Source: Lytechinus pictus (lineage: Eukaryota). From it: a stretch of DNA of 64,000 nt. A program made the position numbers and the translations under genes. The stretch lies in the NCBI RefSeq assembly GCF_037042905.1, contig NC_087251.1:12216001-12280000 (forward strand), in the 5' to 3' direction. The stretch's first letter is position 1. Each line of letters starts with the position of its first letter. The notes beneath the pieces are model-generated. The model saw only the letters and a program-made list of their open reading frames with translations. It did not search any database and was not told the DNA's origin. Shown in pieces: positions 27,320-39,144 of the stretch.

Positions 27320-28259
27320 TTAACCTAAGTCCTAAGGTTAAGTTTTTGAAATTTTGTCATAACTTCGAAAGTATATGGACCTGGTTCATGAAACTTGGCC
27401 ATAAGGGTAATAAAGTATTACTGAACATCCCGTGTGAGTTCCAGGTCACATGACCAAGGTCAAAGGTTATTTAAGGTCAATTAACTTTGGCCAAGTTGGG
27501 CGTATTTGTCGAATTACCATCATAACTTCAAAAGTTTATGAATCTGATTCATAAAACTTGGACATAAGAGTAATTATATCACTAAACCTCCTGTGCGAGG
27601 TTTAGGTCACATGACAAAGGTCATTTAAGGTCAATAAACTTTGGCCATGTTGGGGGTATTTGTTGAATAACCCTCATAACTCTAAAAGTGTATTGTTCTA
27701 GTTCATAAAACTTAAACATAAAGAGTTATCAAGTATCACTGAACATCCTGTGTGAGATTCAGGTCATTTAAGGTCAAAGAACTTTGGCCATGTTGGAGGT
27801 AATTATTAAATTGCTGTCATAACTTTCAAAGTTTTATGGAAATAGTTTATGAAATGTGGCCATAGGAGTAATCAAGTATCACTGACAAGTGTTAGGTCAC
27901 ATGATCAAGGTCAAATTATAAACGTAGTATTGTATCGTTATATAAATGGTATTTTTTATGAATAATTATTTTATAGTAACTAGTTTTCAAAGTCAGCACT
28001 GCTGCACTATATTGAATTTGCGCAATGCAGGTGAGACTGCCAGATGCGCTCCACTTGTAAAAATTAATCACCGGAGATGACAAACTGACACGTGACAGCC
28101 GAGTTTGTTGTTTATAGTTTGGCTTTTATCAAGGCTTTATGATTAGAATTTTTGATATCCTGGTCAATCAATGTGAGCGACAAGTTAAGATCGTGCACCA
28201 AAATACAATTTGCGATATGAAGACAGGTTGTAGAGCAGCTTAAAACTCGCAATAAATTG

Positions 28260-28389
28260 CTACTCTATATTTAAAGGGTGATGTCGTCATTCAAGATGGC
28301 AATTTACGGTACTTCCGAAAGGACCGAGGATGACTATGTGTTGATCATTATTTGATAGGAATTTGCGCTAACTGCGGTCTAAGGTAGGT
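28260..28389 (+). promoter_or_regulatory. Candidate promoter and short first exon (possibly of the CD36-family gene)
   Basis: Non-repeat island with Inr-like TCATTC (28287-28292), YY1-like CAAGATGGC (28292-28300), ETS-like ACTTCCG (28311-28317) and splice donor AAG|GTAGGT after 28383. Confidence 0.4.
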
Positions 28390-28787
28390 TTTTTCTTTAT
28401 ATTTTCTTGTCAAATTGGATATAAGATTTTAAACAAAATGACATTTATGTTAAAAAAATCGGGTTTTCACGGGTTTAGATCTAACATTACTGCTAGTGCT
28501 AATACGTTGTCTCTACGTACAGACCTCCAACACTTCAGTCTATGGTAATGTATGGTAAGTGGGGCCAACATAGTTCAGCGGAAAAATCAATGTACAGAGA
28601 CTGAAGCTTTTGATCTTTAGAATCTAGATCTACTCTACTGAAGATAGACCTATAATAAAAACCGTTTTCGATTTTTAAGAAAATGACATTTCATTGATTT
28701 TTTAAAATTCACCATACATGGGAAGCTGCTGGCATATGACGTCACAGCTCAAAACTTAACTTAAATTAAATTATATTAACTTTTAAA

Positions 28788-29311
28788 CCGGGGGGGGGGG
28801 GGGGGCACTTCCATTGACGAGTGGATACCATGCCTCACCAAAAATACACGTAAAAAGGAGCTCTTTTTTTAAGATAGGGCACGTTACATACGTAACATAA
28901 TAAGGGTGCCAAAACACTAAAATGATTTTAAAAGGGTATATATTTCGCTAGGAAAACTATGTGTTTATGGTTCAATTTGCAAGGGTATAAAGAATGTCCT
29001 TTTTGCCCCAACACTACGTGCTTAAGGTCCGATTTGAGCGAGGTGTGTTGGGTGGTACTAAACCCAATGAAAGTAAAGTCCGTGACATAACAATTAAGAT
29101 ATTGTACTTGTTCAGGGGGTCAGTTCAGGGAATACTTGTCAAGGGTACCATTTTGTTTCCAATACTTGTTAAGGGTAGGGTTTCACATGCCAATACTTTT
29201 TAAGGGACCGTGCATTTTCAGAACATGGAAAATACTTGTTTAGGGTGCTTTTTGAAACCCCATGGTCATGCATGGAATCCACTCGTCAATGGAAGTGCCC
29301 CTTCCCCCAGG
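28788..29311. mobile_element. MITE, CCG(G)n-CACTTCCATTGACGAG family, CpG-decayed copy
   Basis: Inverted ends GGGGCACTTCCATTGACGAGTGGATACCATG / CATGGAATCCACTCGTCAATGGAAGTGCCCC. Reverse-complement homologue of 13384-13933. Confidence 0.8.
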
Positions 29312-30013
29312 CTTTTAAAACCTTTTTATCCTTCAAACCTTCACCAACATTTTTCATTATTTTTTTCTGCTATTTTTGCTATAAACTTGTCAAGGTGAAA
29401 GTAGACATGACTTAGTCTTCCTCTGAGTGTGAAAACAGCATTATCGTGAAAATGGGAACCAGTTGAACCAGTTGTCCACCGCATGCTTATTGACACGACA
29501 AGACATGCCCTAACTACATGTAAGTAACATTAGGCTACAGTGGCTGCGCTGCTTCATCACCACCGCTAAGCTGGGGCTGTTCCTCGATATCGCGATCTCC
29601 AAGATTTATTGTGTCGCTATTTTTTCTCTACTTATTGAAATTGGGAACCAGTATGGAAATTTAACCATAAGGTTGTGTATGCTGGTTCTCATTTTGAAGA
29701 GTAACTTTTAGATGCAGAGTAAGTTAGTTTACTCTTGAAATGGGAACCAGTGAGGAAATTCTCCATAGATTGGTACACTCTGAAGCCCATTTCGAAGAGT
29801 AAAATAAAACACTTTACTATTGAGATTTATTTCATCAGTGATAATTCTGAAGAAATTTTCAATTGTAAACTTTCTATACTTGTGGAAATGGGAACCAGGT
29901 ACACCTTGGTGCAATTTTAAATCAATCAATATAAGAATCTTTAAAAATCCAAACCGCTTTTTTGTTGGGAACAATACATTGAGCGGCCTATGGGGCGTAC
30001 AAAATATACATGT

Positions 30014-30252
30014 AATAATAATAATAATAATAGCCGGATTTATAAAGCGCTTTTTGCCTGAGGATACAAAGCGCTGCTATTATTACCCCGGCTTTAGCTC
30101 GAGCTACCATCACCGGCGCTCAGTGCATGCAAGGAATTCATCCTGCCGGGTACCCACTCACCTCACCTGGGTCAAGTGCAGCATCTAGGATTCGAACCCA
30201 CGACCCTCTGTTTCAAAGGCGAGAGTCAGAACCACTAGACCACGACGCACCC
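30014..30252 (-). mobile_element. tRNA-derived SINE, internally deleted
   Basis: Minus strand GGTGCGTCGTGGTCTAGTGGTTCTGACTC...GTGGGTTCGAATCC (A and B boxes), GACCCAGGTG..GGGTACCCGGC and an (ATT)n tail. Confidence 0.8.
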
Positions 30253-30313
30253 ATGTAGGTCCCTCAAACACACTGATGTACATGTAAGCTGTCTAATTTG
30301 GGGATTGAGCAAT

Positions 30314-33300
30314 TAGTCTGGTAGGGAGGTAGGGTTCCCATGCACCCGAATGATATATTTTTTTAACCTACATTTTTGTAATCCTTAAGATGTCTAGTGA
30401 ATGAATTTTGATGTTCCCAAAACGAAATATTGTCCCATGGGGTTCAAATTCAAGATGGCGTCCAAAATGGCCGCCATATTCATGGGATTTGGATTTTCGT
30501 ACATAGATTCCGACACAAACATTCATTTGCCACAAAATTAGTGTCATATGAAAGATAAATGAATTTTCTACAAGTTGATACTATTCATGGGTGATGAAAT
30601 GGTAATTCGGCTGAGATTTTAATGAGAAAAGTACAATTTTGAGAATTTTTCCAAAAAATTGAAAATTTGTGAAATACATGATTTACCATAAATCTAAGGA
30701 AAATAAAGGAATCGCCTCGAAAACTTTTAGAAAACTTTCCTAATATACAATTATTAAGTGGACGAAATTCCAAATTGATATCATTATTAGTCACAAACTT
30801 ATTATGTCTCAAACTTGAAAATTCAATTTTCAGAAATTTAGCTTTTTTACTGCATATCGGAGACTTGGATATATTAATGTATATTGTCACATTTTCAACC
30901 CAGAAAATGGAAAAAGGCCTTCATAAAATGCGAAATTATCTATTATTTTGTTGGTAGAATTTACTACAATCCCTTTATTCTTCGATTTCAAGTCGGTTAA
31001 TATAGTTTTTAAAAGAATTAAGACTTTTGGCCAAAATTTGTATGTTTTTGGTAAAAAAAATTGCACATGCACTGTTATTGATCAGATTTATTACGAATAT
31101 CAGTAATAAATGCACAATCTCAACATTCGATATGAAAGAGGATGTATCAACGAGAATATTTGCAGGCTTAATGCCACCATAAGTATCTTCATTTGCTTCA
31201 AATAGAAGGAAAATATGCTGAATGTATTGAGCGATTTTGCGCTAAAGTGAGGCCAAAAAGCAACCTTAGTGTGGCAGTCACATCCATGAAAACGATTGCA
31301 AAGTGATGAATGCTATGTCATTCAAATAATACAATAGCTTGGATCAGCCTCTCGCATCGATTGTGTAGGTATGACTAACACACCGTAATGTCCAGTATGT
31401 AATGTGCATGGTAATAGAAATGTATCTGATTCAGAAGGATGCAAAGACAAAAAAGGTGTTTCTGTTACATTATAAAGAAATTTATTAAATATTGTATCTT
31501 GGAAACAGTTATAAGATACACTAGCACTGCAGGTAATAAAGATGAAGTTCTTACACATCAATACACAGCTCAAAGGAATATGTCGAAGCTACCCCCACTT
31601 TATCTGTATTTTGAATCTATGACCTGTATTCCAAAATCAGGTTTATCTTCGAACACAAAATTAGTGTCATATGAAATATGAATAAATTTTCTACAAGTTG
31701 GTATTATACATAGGTGATGAAAAGGTAATTCGGCTGATCTTAATAAGAAAAGTGCATTTTGAAATTGTTTTCCTCAAAAATGAAAATTTGCAAAATACTT
31801 GATTTACCATGTATCTAAGAAAAATAAAGGAATTACCTTGAAACTTTCTAGAAAACTTTCCTAATATACAATTATTAAGAAATTGATTTTTTTACTGCAT
31901 TTTACAGACTTAAATTACTATATTGTCATTATCTTTACCACCCCTTTTCACCACATTGATAAGTTTTTCTAACCTTCACCTTTTCAATCCTGGAGTCGTA
32001 TACTGAATGAATTCATTTTGATGTTCTGAAAACTTGAATATTGTCCCTTGGCCGCCACTTTGACGGCCATCTTGGATTCTGACAAAAGAACTCTTACAAA
32101 TATTTTGAGGGTGTTCTGAGTATGAGAAATTAATTGAGTGGGTTATCTTTATTCTTTACAATTTAAATCAAACAATTCTGATACATTAAAGTGCCAAAAA
32201 TGACAAAAACCTCTTTCTGTTGACCAATGTAAAGAAGGGGAAGGCATTTTTGGAACATTGAGATGTGTATGGCTGTGTTATTAATCTATTTAATATTTTC
32301 AAAAGTAGAAAATGTGGTGACGAATCAGTACCACGGAAAAGGCCTCCTGTAAATTGCATTTTACAACTTCCAACAATTAACTTATATCATGTCAAAATGC
32401 AAGCTTTATGGTTCTTAGGGAGGACTTTGACAAACAGGCAGTCAATCTTAGAAGTCATTGGCAGGCTCATGTGCCACATTTGGGCGATCTTTTTGAGCTA
32501 AAACTTTGTGCCAATGTACGTGATCTTGAAAGATATATTCCTGATCCAGAAGTTGTAAACTTTGGACTGGAAAAGCAATTTTGCTTGCTGCAAAATTCAA
32601 GAGAATGTTATTCTCTTTGAGAAAAAAAACCATGATATTTTCTTGGTTGCCATCCGGGCAACCATGATGGCAGTTTTGGTTGCCAACGTCACCCGGGCGA
32701 CCGCTAATTTCGATTCCTGCTTTGGAGTGGGGATGGTGGATGGAATTTCCCTCACGTGTGATCCGATCCTTCTCAAGATTCCTCCGTTTGGCTTTGATAC
32801 TTCGTAAGACCTGGGTTCCTCACAGACTTTGGATGCTTTAGCTGGTATCCAAGTGTGTTATCTTGGATGTATAACTCTCACTGGCTGTCCTACATGCAGA
32901 GGTGGTATATCAGAACTTGCATGTCGATAATGCACTTCCTTCACCTTGCCTTGCCTATTCAAGAGAAAATCAGTGGCAGTAGAATCTCTCGAGAAATAGT
33001 GACTTGATAATGTGGTTCTGATGGGTCTACCAAATAACATTTCTGCTGGTGATCTAAAGTAACTTTCGACTGGTGTTGCTCTCAGGTTCATCATTGCTAG
33101 TTGACTGTCTTGGCCAGTCTGAGAACATTTTGTCAACAGATTCTTGACTGTACGAACCATCCTCTGAGCTAATCCGTTTGATCTTGGATAGTGTGGAGAA
33201 GAAGTAATGTGCTTGATATTCCACTTCTTTTTTTATGCTGACTTGCTTGATGTTTCTGGCATGTTTCACTCTGCTTTATCAACTGGTCGATGTACTCGTT

Positions 33301-36300
33301 GATGTTTGACAAGAACACTGTCTCACGAGCAAGTCAGTTGGTACATTCGATTCCCATGTGTCCTAGGTGAAGCTGTCCAAGGATATCATTCCTCAGTGAC
33401 TTCGGTACGATGACTTGACTTCCCGTGAAGAGTATTCCATGTGATAATCCGATGTTATCTCTATACGACCAATACTGCATAAGGGATTTCAATAACTCTT
33501 GGATTGTTTCAGGCCAACTCTTAGTAACTATCTGCCATAATGATCTAGGTATTGGATCATTAGCTGTTTCTCTCTGAAGTTCTGTCGTCTTGTGTTTTCC
33601 GAAGAGTAATAGGTCGATCGCATATGCGAATCTTTTTCCTAAGAGCAGATGGATTAACTCTGACACCTAACGGTACATGCTTTCTTGGGATTACAAAGTC
33701 AACTCAATGAATCGGAAAGAATCATGTTGTTTCCAGGTCGGTAATTGACTTGAAACCTGTTTCCTTGGACTTTGATTATAAGCGATCGCTGTAGATGCAG
33801 CAGTGCACTCGTAAGAGTTTTTTCCATATAATTTCCAGTGGTCTGTGATTGTTTCACTGTGAATTCCTTCCCGAACAGATATGTATGGAAGCGTTTGATA
33901 CCAAACATTAGGACTAAGATTTCCCTCTATGTTTGAGTAGTTGGACTGTGCAGTGGAAAGACTTTGGATGCAACCGCAGCAGGTTACCATCCTGAAGCAA
34001 GGCATGCTCCTAGATCTTTCATTGATGTATCCATCTCGACAGGCCTCTCTCTTTGGGTCATAGAACTGTAGGCATGCACCTGATGATACTGCACATTTCA
34101 GGCTGTTCAAGGAATGTTCATGATCATCGTCCCAGATGAACGGTACTTCCTTGTGGAGAAGTTATCGAAGTTGTGCTGACTTTTCCCACAAATTAGGAAT
34201 ATATGCTGCTAGGTATTTGAACAATATTAGGCATTTCTGAACATCACCCTCTTCGTCCTTGGGTAATAGTACTTGGGTAATGTGTTGGCTTCTACCTGGC
34301 TAGGATCTGAGTAGATATCTGATCTAGTGCACATGGAGCCAAAGAAGTTGATAGGTCTCTTGATTGTGCACTTGGAGCTGCTGAACACTGAGCCTTCTTG
34401 CTTTGCCGTCTCCATGAACAAGTACCGATTCTTGTCGTGTTGATCTTGTCCTTCAATACTTAATGTGCTGCACTTGCGTGGTGCGTCTATGGTAGGTTTA
34501 GCGATGTCCTTGACATGAAGCATCGTTTTTTTCCTTTGAAACTACCAATAGCATCGAACTGCTCTGGAAATGCTTGTTCGAGATCCTCATCACTTGTGAT
34601 AAGTATTTGTTCAGGTTTAGGGTTAGGTGTTGGTGTGTCATAATTGTACATTGAGTAAATTGTGATAATTCCAAGGTCAGTGCAACCTAACAACCCAAGG
34701 ATAGCTAAAACCTTGACATCTGGTACATAGAATGTCTATGTTGACCATTTTGGACCGTAACATTTTATGTCGAATTAGTGTACCTTTACATTTAATTGGA
34801 ATCTAACCATAAGCTTCAAGTCTTACTGTTTCACTAATGATTCCCACTTTGAACTTATATTTCCTTGGCGTACGGACTATGATAGTGTTATTACTTGCAC
34901 TTGAGTCAATTTCTAGGTAGAGCTTATGTTACCCGGCTCTGTGTGCATATGTAAATGTTAGCAAATGCTACTGTGCCTTCTGAATTTACAACTGTGTGTG
35001 GTCCATTGGTATGTATTATGTCAAATTATGCAAAGTTGGATAGACTGCCTTTAGACTGATAATGATCAGGATATGTGATAGTATCGTGTGATGTGTCCAT
35101 TTCGCTGATTGGTTAGTTCTTTCGACGTTTTGATTTTGATCGTGATTTATTTTGTTTTGGTAAACGACCATCACATACCATGTCAGATCTTCGGTCATCT
35201 GAACTACGTTATGGTTTTCAACTATGATCACTTTTTGACTGACGACAGAATTACCCCTAATGATTTTTTACTGTGGAGAGCAAATTCCATTAATATTGAC
35301 CCCCAAATGGTTCATAGTTATCTGAGAATGATAATTGAGGTTTTTTCCTTCATTATGAAAGCAAACGGAACAGAGTTGTAAACATAAGAGATATACAATA
35401 AACAGAATATTGGCTCTTCATAAATTTAGAAAAGAGTTAGAACGTGTTGGAAAATAAACCTGATTTTGGAATACAGGCCATAGATTCAAAATACAGATAA
35501 GGTGGGGGTAGCTTTGACATGTTCCTTTCAGTTATGTATTGATATGTCAGAACTTCATCTCTATTACCTGCAGTGCTAGTGTATCTTATAAATGTTTCCA
35601 AAAGACTTCATTAAATAGATTTCTTTATGATGTAACAGAAACACCTTTTTTCCCTTTACATCCTTCTGAATCAGATACATTTCTATTACCATGCACATTC
35701 TATACTGTACATTACGGTGTGCTAGTCATACCAACACAATCGATGCGAAAGGCTGATCAGAGCTATTGTATTATTTGAATGACATACCATTCATCACTTT
35801 GCAATCGTTTTCATGGATGTGACTGCCACACCGAGGTTACTTTTTGGCCTCACTTTAGCGCAAAATCGCTCAATACATTCAGCATATTTTCCTTCTATTT
35901 GAAGCAAATGAAGATACTTATGGTGGCATGAAGCCTGCAAATATTCTTGTTGATACATCCTCTTTCATATCGAATGTTCAGATTGTGCATTTATTACTGA
36001 TATTCATAATAAATCTGATCAATAACAGTGCATGTGCAATTTTTTTTACCAAAAACATACAAATTTTGGCCAAAAGTCTTAATTCTTTTAAAAACTATAT
36101 CAACCGACTTGAAATCGAAGAATAAAGGGATTGTAGTAAATTCTACCAACAAAATAATAGATAATTTCGCATTTTATGAAGGCCTTTTTCCATTTTCTGG
36201 GTTGAAAATGTGACAATATACATTAATATATCCAAGTCTCCGATATGCAGTAAAAAAAGCTAAATTTCTGAAAATTGAATTTTCAAGTTTGAGACATAAT

Positions 36301-36789
36301 AAGTTTGTGACTAATAATGATATCAATTTGGAATTTCGTCCACTTAATAATTGTATATTAGGAAAGTTTTCTAAAAGTTTTCGAGGCGATTCCTTTATAA
36401 TTCCTTAGATTTATGGTAAATCATGTATTTCACAAATTTTCAATTTTTTGGAAAAAATTCTCAAAATTGTACTTTTCTCATTAAAATCTCAGCCGAATTA
36501 CCATTTCATCACCCATGAATAGTATCAACTTGTAAAAAATTTATTTATCTTTCATATGACACTAATTTTGTGGCAAATAAATGTTTGTGTCGGAATCTAT
36601 GTACGAAAATCCAAATCCCATGAATATGGCGGCCATTTTGGACGCCATCTTGAATTTGAACCCCATGGGACAATATTTCGTTTTGGGAACATCAAAATTC
36701 ATTCACTAGACATCTTAAGGATTACAAAAATGTAGGTTAAAAAAATATATCATTCGGGTGCATGGGAACCCTATCTCTCTCCCCTACTA
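30314..36789. mobile_element. Academ-like element with ~1.3-kb inverted arms (30314-31656 / 35444-36789)
   Basis: TAG...CTA termini, 3-bp TSD AAT (30311-30313 and 36790-36792), and near-identical arms. ORFs 30887-31072(-) and 36028-36213(+) are mirror copies. Confidence 0.8.
32800..35060 (-). pseudogene. Decayed Ty3/Gypsy LTR-retrotransposon pol (protease, partial RT, RNase H, integrase)
   Basis: Minus-strand pieces in Gypsy order: LEIDSSA (protease-like, ~34900), LQFYDPKRE..AQSNYSNIE and FGIKRFHTYLFGKEFTV (RNase H), VIVPKSLRNDILGQLHLGHMGIE (integrase Zn finger), HITSSPHYPRSNGL..RMVRTVKNLL..SPAEMLFGRPIRTTL (integrase core). Many frameshifts and deletions; no LTR pair seen. Confidence 0.9.
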
Positions 36790-37009
36790 AATACTAATCA
36801 TGCTAAATGTAGCCCTAAGATAACCCTGCTAGCCTTTTTTGTGCTCTACATGTAGTAAAATTTATTTTTTCAAATCGTAATTAGGTAACTTATAAGTGTT
36901 GCAAATTGGATAAAAGCAAACAAACTTATCACTAAACCTGGATAAAACCAGTTACAATGTGCTGTTTAATAAATAAAGTTGACGTGAAGCTTTACCAAAT
37001 GATATGATT

Positions 37010-37120
37010 TTTATACGCCCATCTAGACGGGATGTATTATGGTATCACGCTCATTGTCCGTCCGTCTGTCCGTCCGTTAACTTTTCCTTGTAAACACGAT
37101 AACTTCAGTTTAACTTCTTA
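37010..37120 (+). mobile_element. 5' end of a HINE/DINE-1-like element, family C
   Basis: TTTTTATACGCCC...TATTATGGTATCACGCTC..(GTCC)n..GTTAACTTTTCCTTGTAAAC. The same start occurs at ~48619. Confidence 0.65.
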
Positions 37121-37134
37121 GACTTTTTATATAG

Positions 37135-37815
37135 TAAAAAAGAGCTATTCATATACATGTAATCAATAATGCTCATTTCCAGGCACACACATTGAATCTT
37201 TTCTGAAATGTAAAATTTTGAAAATTAAAGAAATGTATGCTTTATCAGCTTGGACAGTTTATGTACAAGCTGAACACTAGGCTACAGTTGCCTTTGCCTC
37301 TTATTGATATGTTTAAAAAATAATTTGATTCAGAGTCACTTTACTCACTAGGCAAACTCTTTATTTACCACTAAATAAAACATCATTTGCTAAAAAAACA
37401 TATGTTTTTATGGGTCCAAAAATATGGAATTATTTTACAAGTGTTATACAACATTGTAATTCAATATTACCAAAAACAAACTTCAAGCATTTCTTCTGTA
37501 TAATTGTTAGATATTCATCAATCAAATATAATTGATGTACTAAACTAGTAATTGCCTTTGGGAAAACTTTATTTACTTGTAGGCCTACACTATCTGTTTC
37601 TTTTGTATAAACTATTATTTTAAGTCAGTAATTCCATAATTGTAAATATTGTTTGTTTTCTTTGTTTGTATAAGAAAAATTATAATACATTATACCAGCT
37701 CTGCTTTTCAGTTGCCCCCTTTCAATTTGTAGTTTGTTTTATCTGTTATTTTTGTATATGTTCTTGAAATGTGATTGTATGACAAATCGAAATTGGAAAA
37801 TAAAAAAAATGAATT
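37135..37815 (+). pseudogene. Highly decayed CR1-clade LINE 3' end
   Basis: Frameshifted remnants KRAI..NAHF.AHT..LF..CKILKI, YQLGQFMYKL and GPKIWN, followed by an AT-rich UTR ending AATAAA...(GAATT)n. Confidence 0.6.
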
Positions 37816-37990
37816 GAAAAATGTAATGAATTGAATGATAGGGCCAGTAGGCATGGCACGAGTACTCAACTACTCGTGTAGACTTGAGCATTGTCTAATA
37901 TCTCACCTCAGGAGTAGGTAATTTATAATGTAAACTAATATTTAGACAGAATGTATATTTTAATGTTCGTTTGAACGGTGTTTAAACGTT

Positions 37991-38076
37991 TTGACTCAGC
38001 CCTGGCTAGTAAGGAGTATCATTCTTTGTTTTGTTTTCAAAACAAAGAATGATACTCCTAAATAGGGCTGAGTCAA
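37991..38076. repeat. 86-bp hairpin (22-bp perfect inner stem plus 13-bp outer stem)
   Basis: AGGAGTATCATTCTTTGTTTTG-TTTT-CAAAACAAAGAATGATACTCCT, flanked by TTGACTCAGCCCT / AGGGCTGAGTCAA. Confidence 0.9.
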
Positions 38077-39144
38077 TTGGTTTTATCGCTGCTAAAACTA
38101 ACATTAAAATGCATTGTTGTCTTTTTTGACAACCGCTTTACTTGAATAATTTTGATTTAGTGGAAAACTATCAATAAAGTGAAGAAATTCCCTTCTTTCT
38201 TGACTCTGAAAAACCATTTTCAGTTGCAAACTACATGTAGATCTACTCACATGAATATCTACATGTGGGGCTAGAATCTGCCAAATCTGACCCAGCAAAT
38301 GGCGACTTCATACTTGCTTTAAAAAAATACATGTTATATGTAGATAAGCCAAGAATAAGTTATTGAATCATTAATCATCATTGAACTTAAAATGAGACTG
38401 TGTGCATGTTTGGTGAGCTACTCAGTGCACATTGTGTGTAGCATGTCTACACTGCGATTTCGAATTTGGCACGAAACATGTTAACCACACTGAGAGCGTC
38501 CTCATAGTAACAATTCTGGAAACCTGTTCAGGAGGTGATGATGAGAACACTAGCGACTTTCGTCTTAACTGGTTTAAGAAAGTAGATGAGAAATGGGGTC
38601 TCTTGCTACACATCATAATTATTGTGTACAGTGTTATAAAGCCGGTCTTTAGTTTTGGTAAATCCACCAAAATGCATCTATCACTCCAATTTATTACTAG
38701 CAAATATGAATTGGTATAACTATACACCTTTATATACATCATACAATTGTTAGTTAATTATGAATTATTAGAACATTTAGGTAAACTTTTAAAATCTTGG
38801 TTTTGGGATATTTGAAATTAACATAAATTTGCATATCAAAATTGTCTAAATGAAAACAAAATCTCCTTAAGTTTATCATTTGAAAAGGAATTTCACAAGC
38901 AATAAAATTCTGGTAAGTAAATGATGTTATGGGCAAAGAGAAAAGACAAATATGGAGGTCTGAAATAATTAAAATATATTGTGGGTCCTGAAAAGTCAAA
39001 CATTTTCACTCAAAAAATGTAGGCAGTTCAGCCTTCCTCATTTCCAATACCATTTTGGAATCCTCTTGAAATTTTCTTTAAGAATTTGGGAAGGGTGAAT
39101 GTTTTCAAAGTTATGACAATTTTATACTATATATGTGCTATCAT

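Larger units (their letters stand above)
3196..28058 (+). mobile_element. Helentron-associated (HINE/DINE-1-like) non-autonomous element, family A, split by nested insertions (own sequence ~3196-3260, 3958-4019, 26613-26726, 27320-28058)
   Basis: Starts in a T-run with TGTCTCACCTG and ends GCAGGTGAGACTGCCAGATGCGCTCCACTTGT. Internal GGTCAAAGGTCA tandem units. The rejoined pieces match less disrupted copies at 50525-51160 and 59241-59778. Confidence 0.75.

Noticed and set aside
30585..31681. Short ORFs mirrored at 35539-36213
   Set aside because: A consequence of the inverted arms; AT-rich with no recognisable domain.
38250..38315. Possible SECIS downstream of the TGA-containing frame (minus strand ATGAAGTCGCCA...TGGCAGAT)
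   Set aside because: Lacks the apical AA and a properly placed 3' GA of the non-Watson-Crick quartet.
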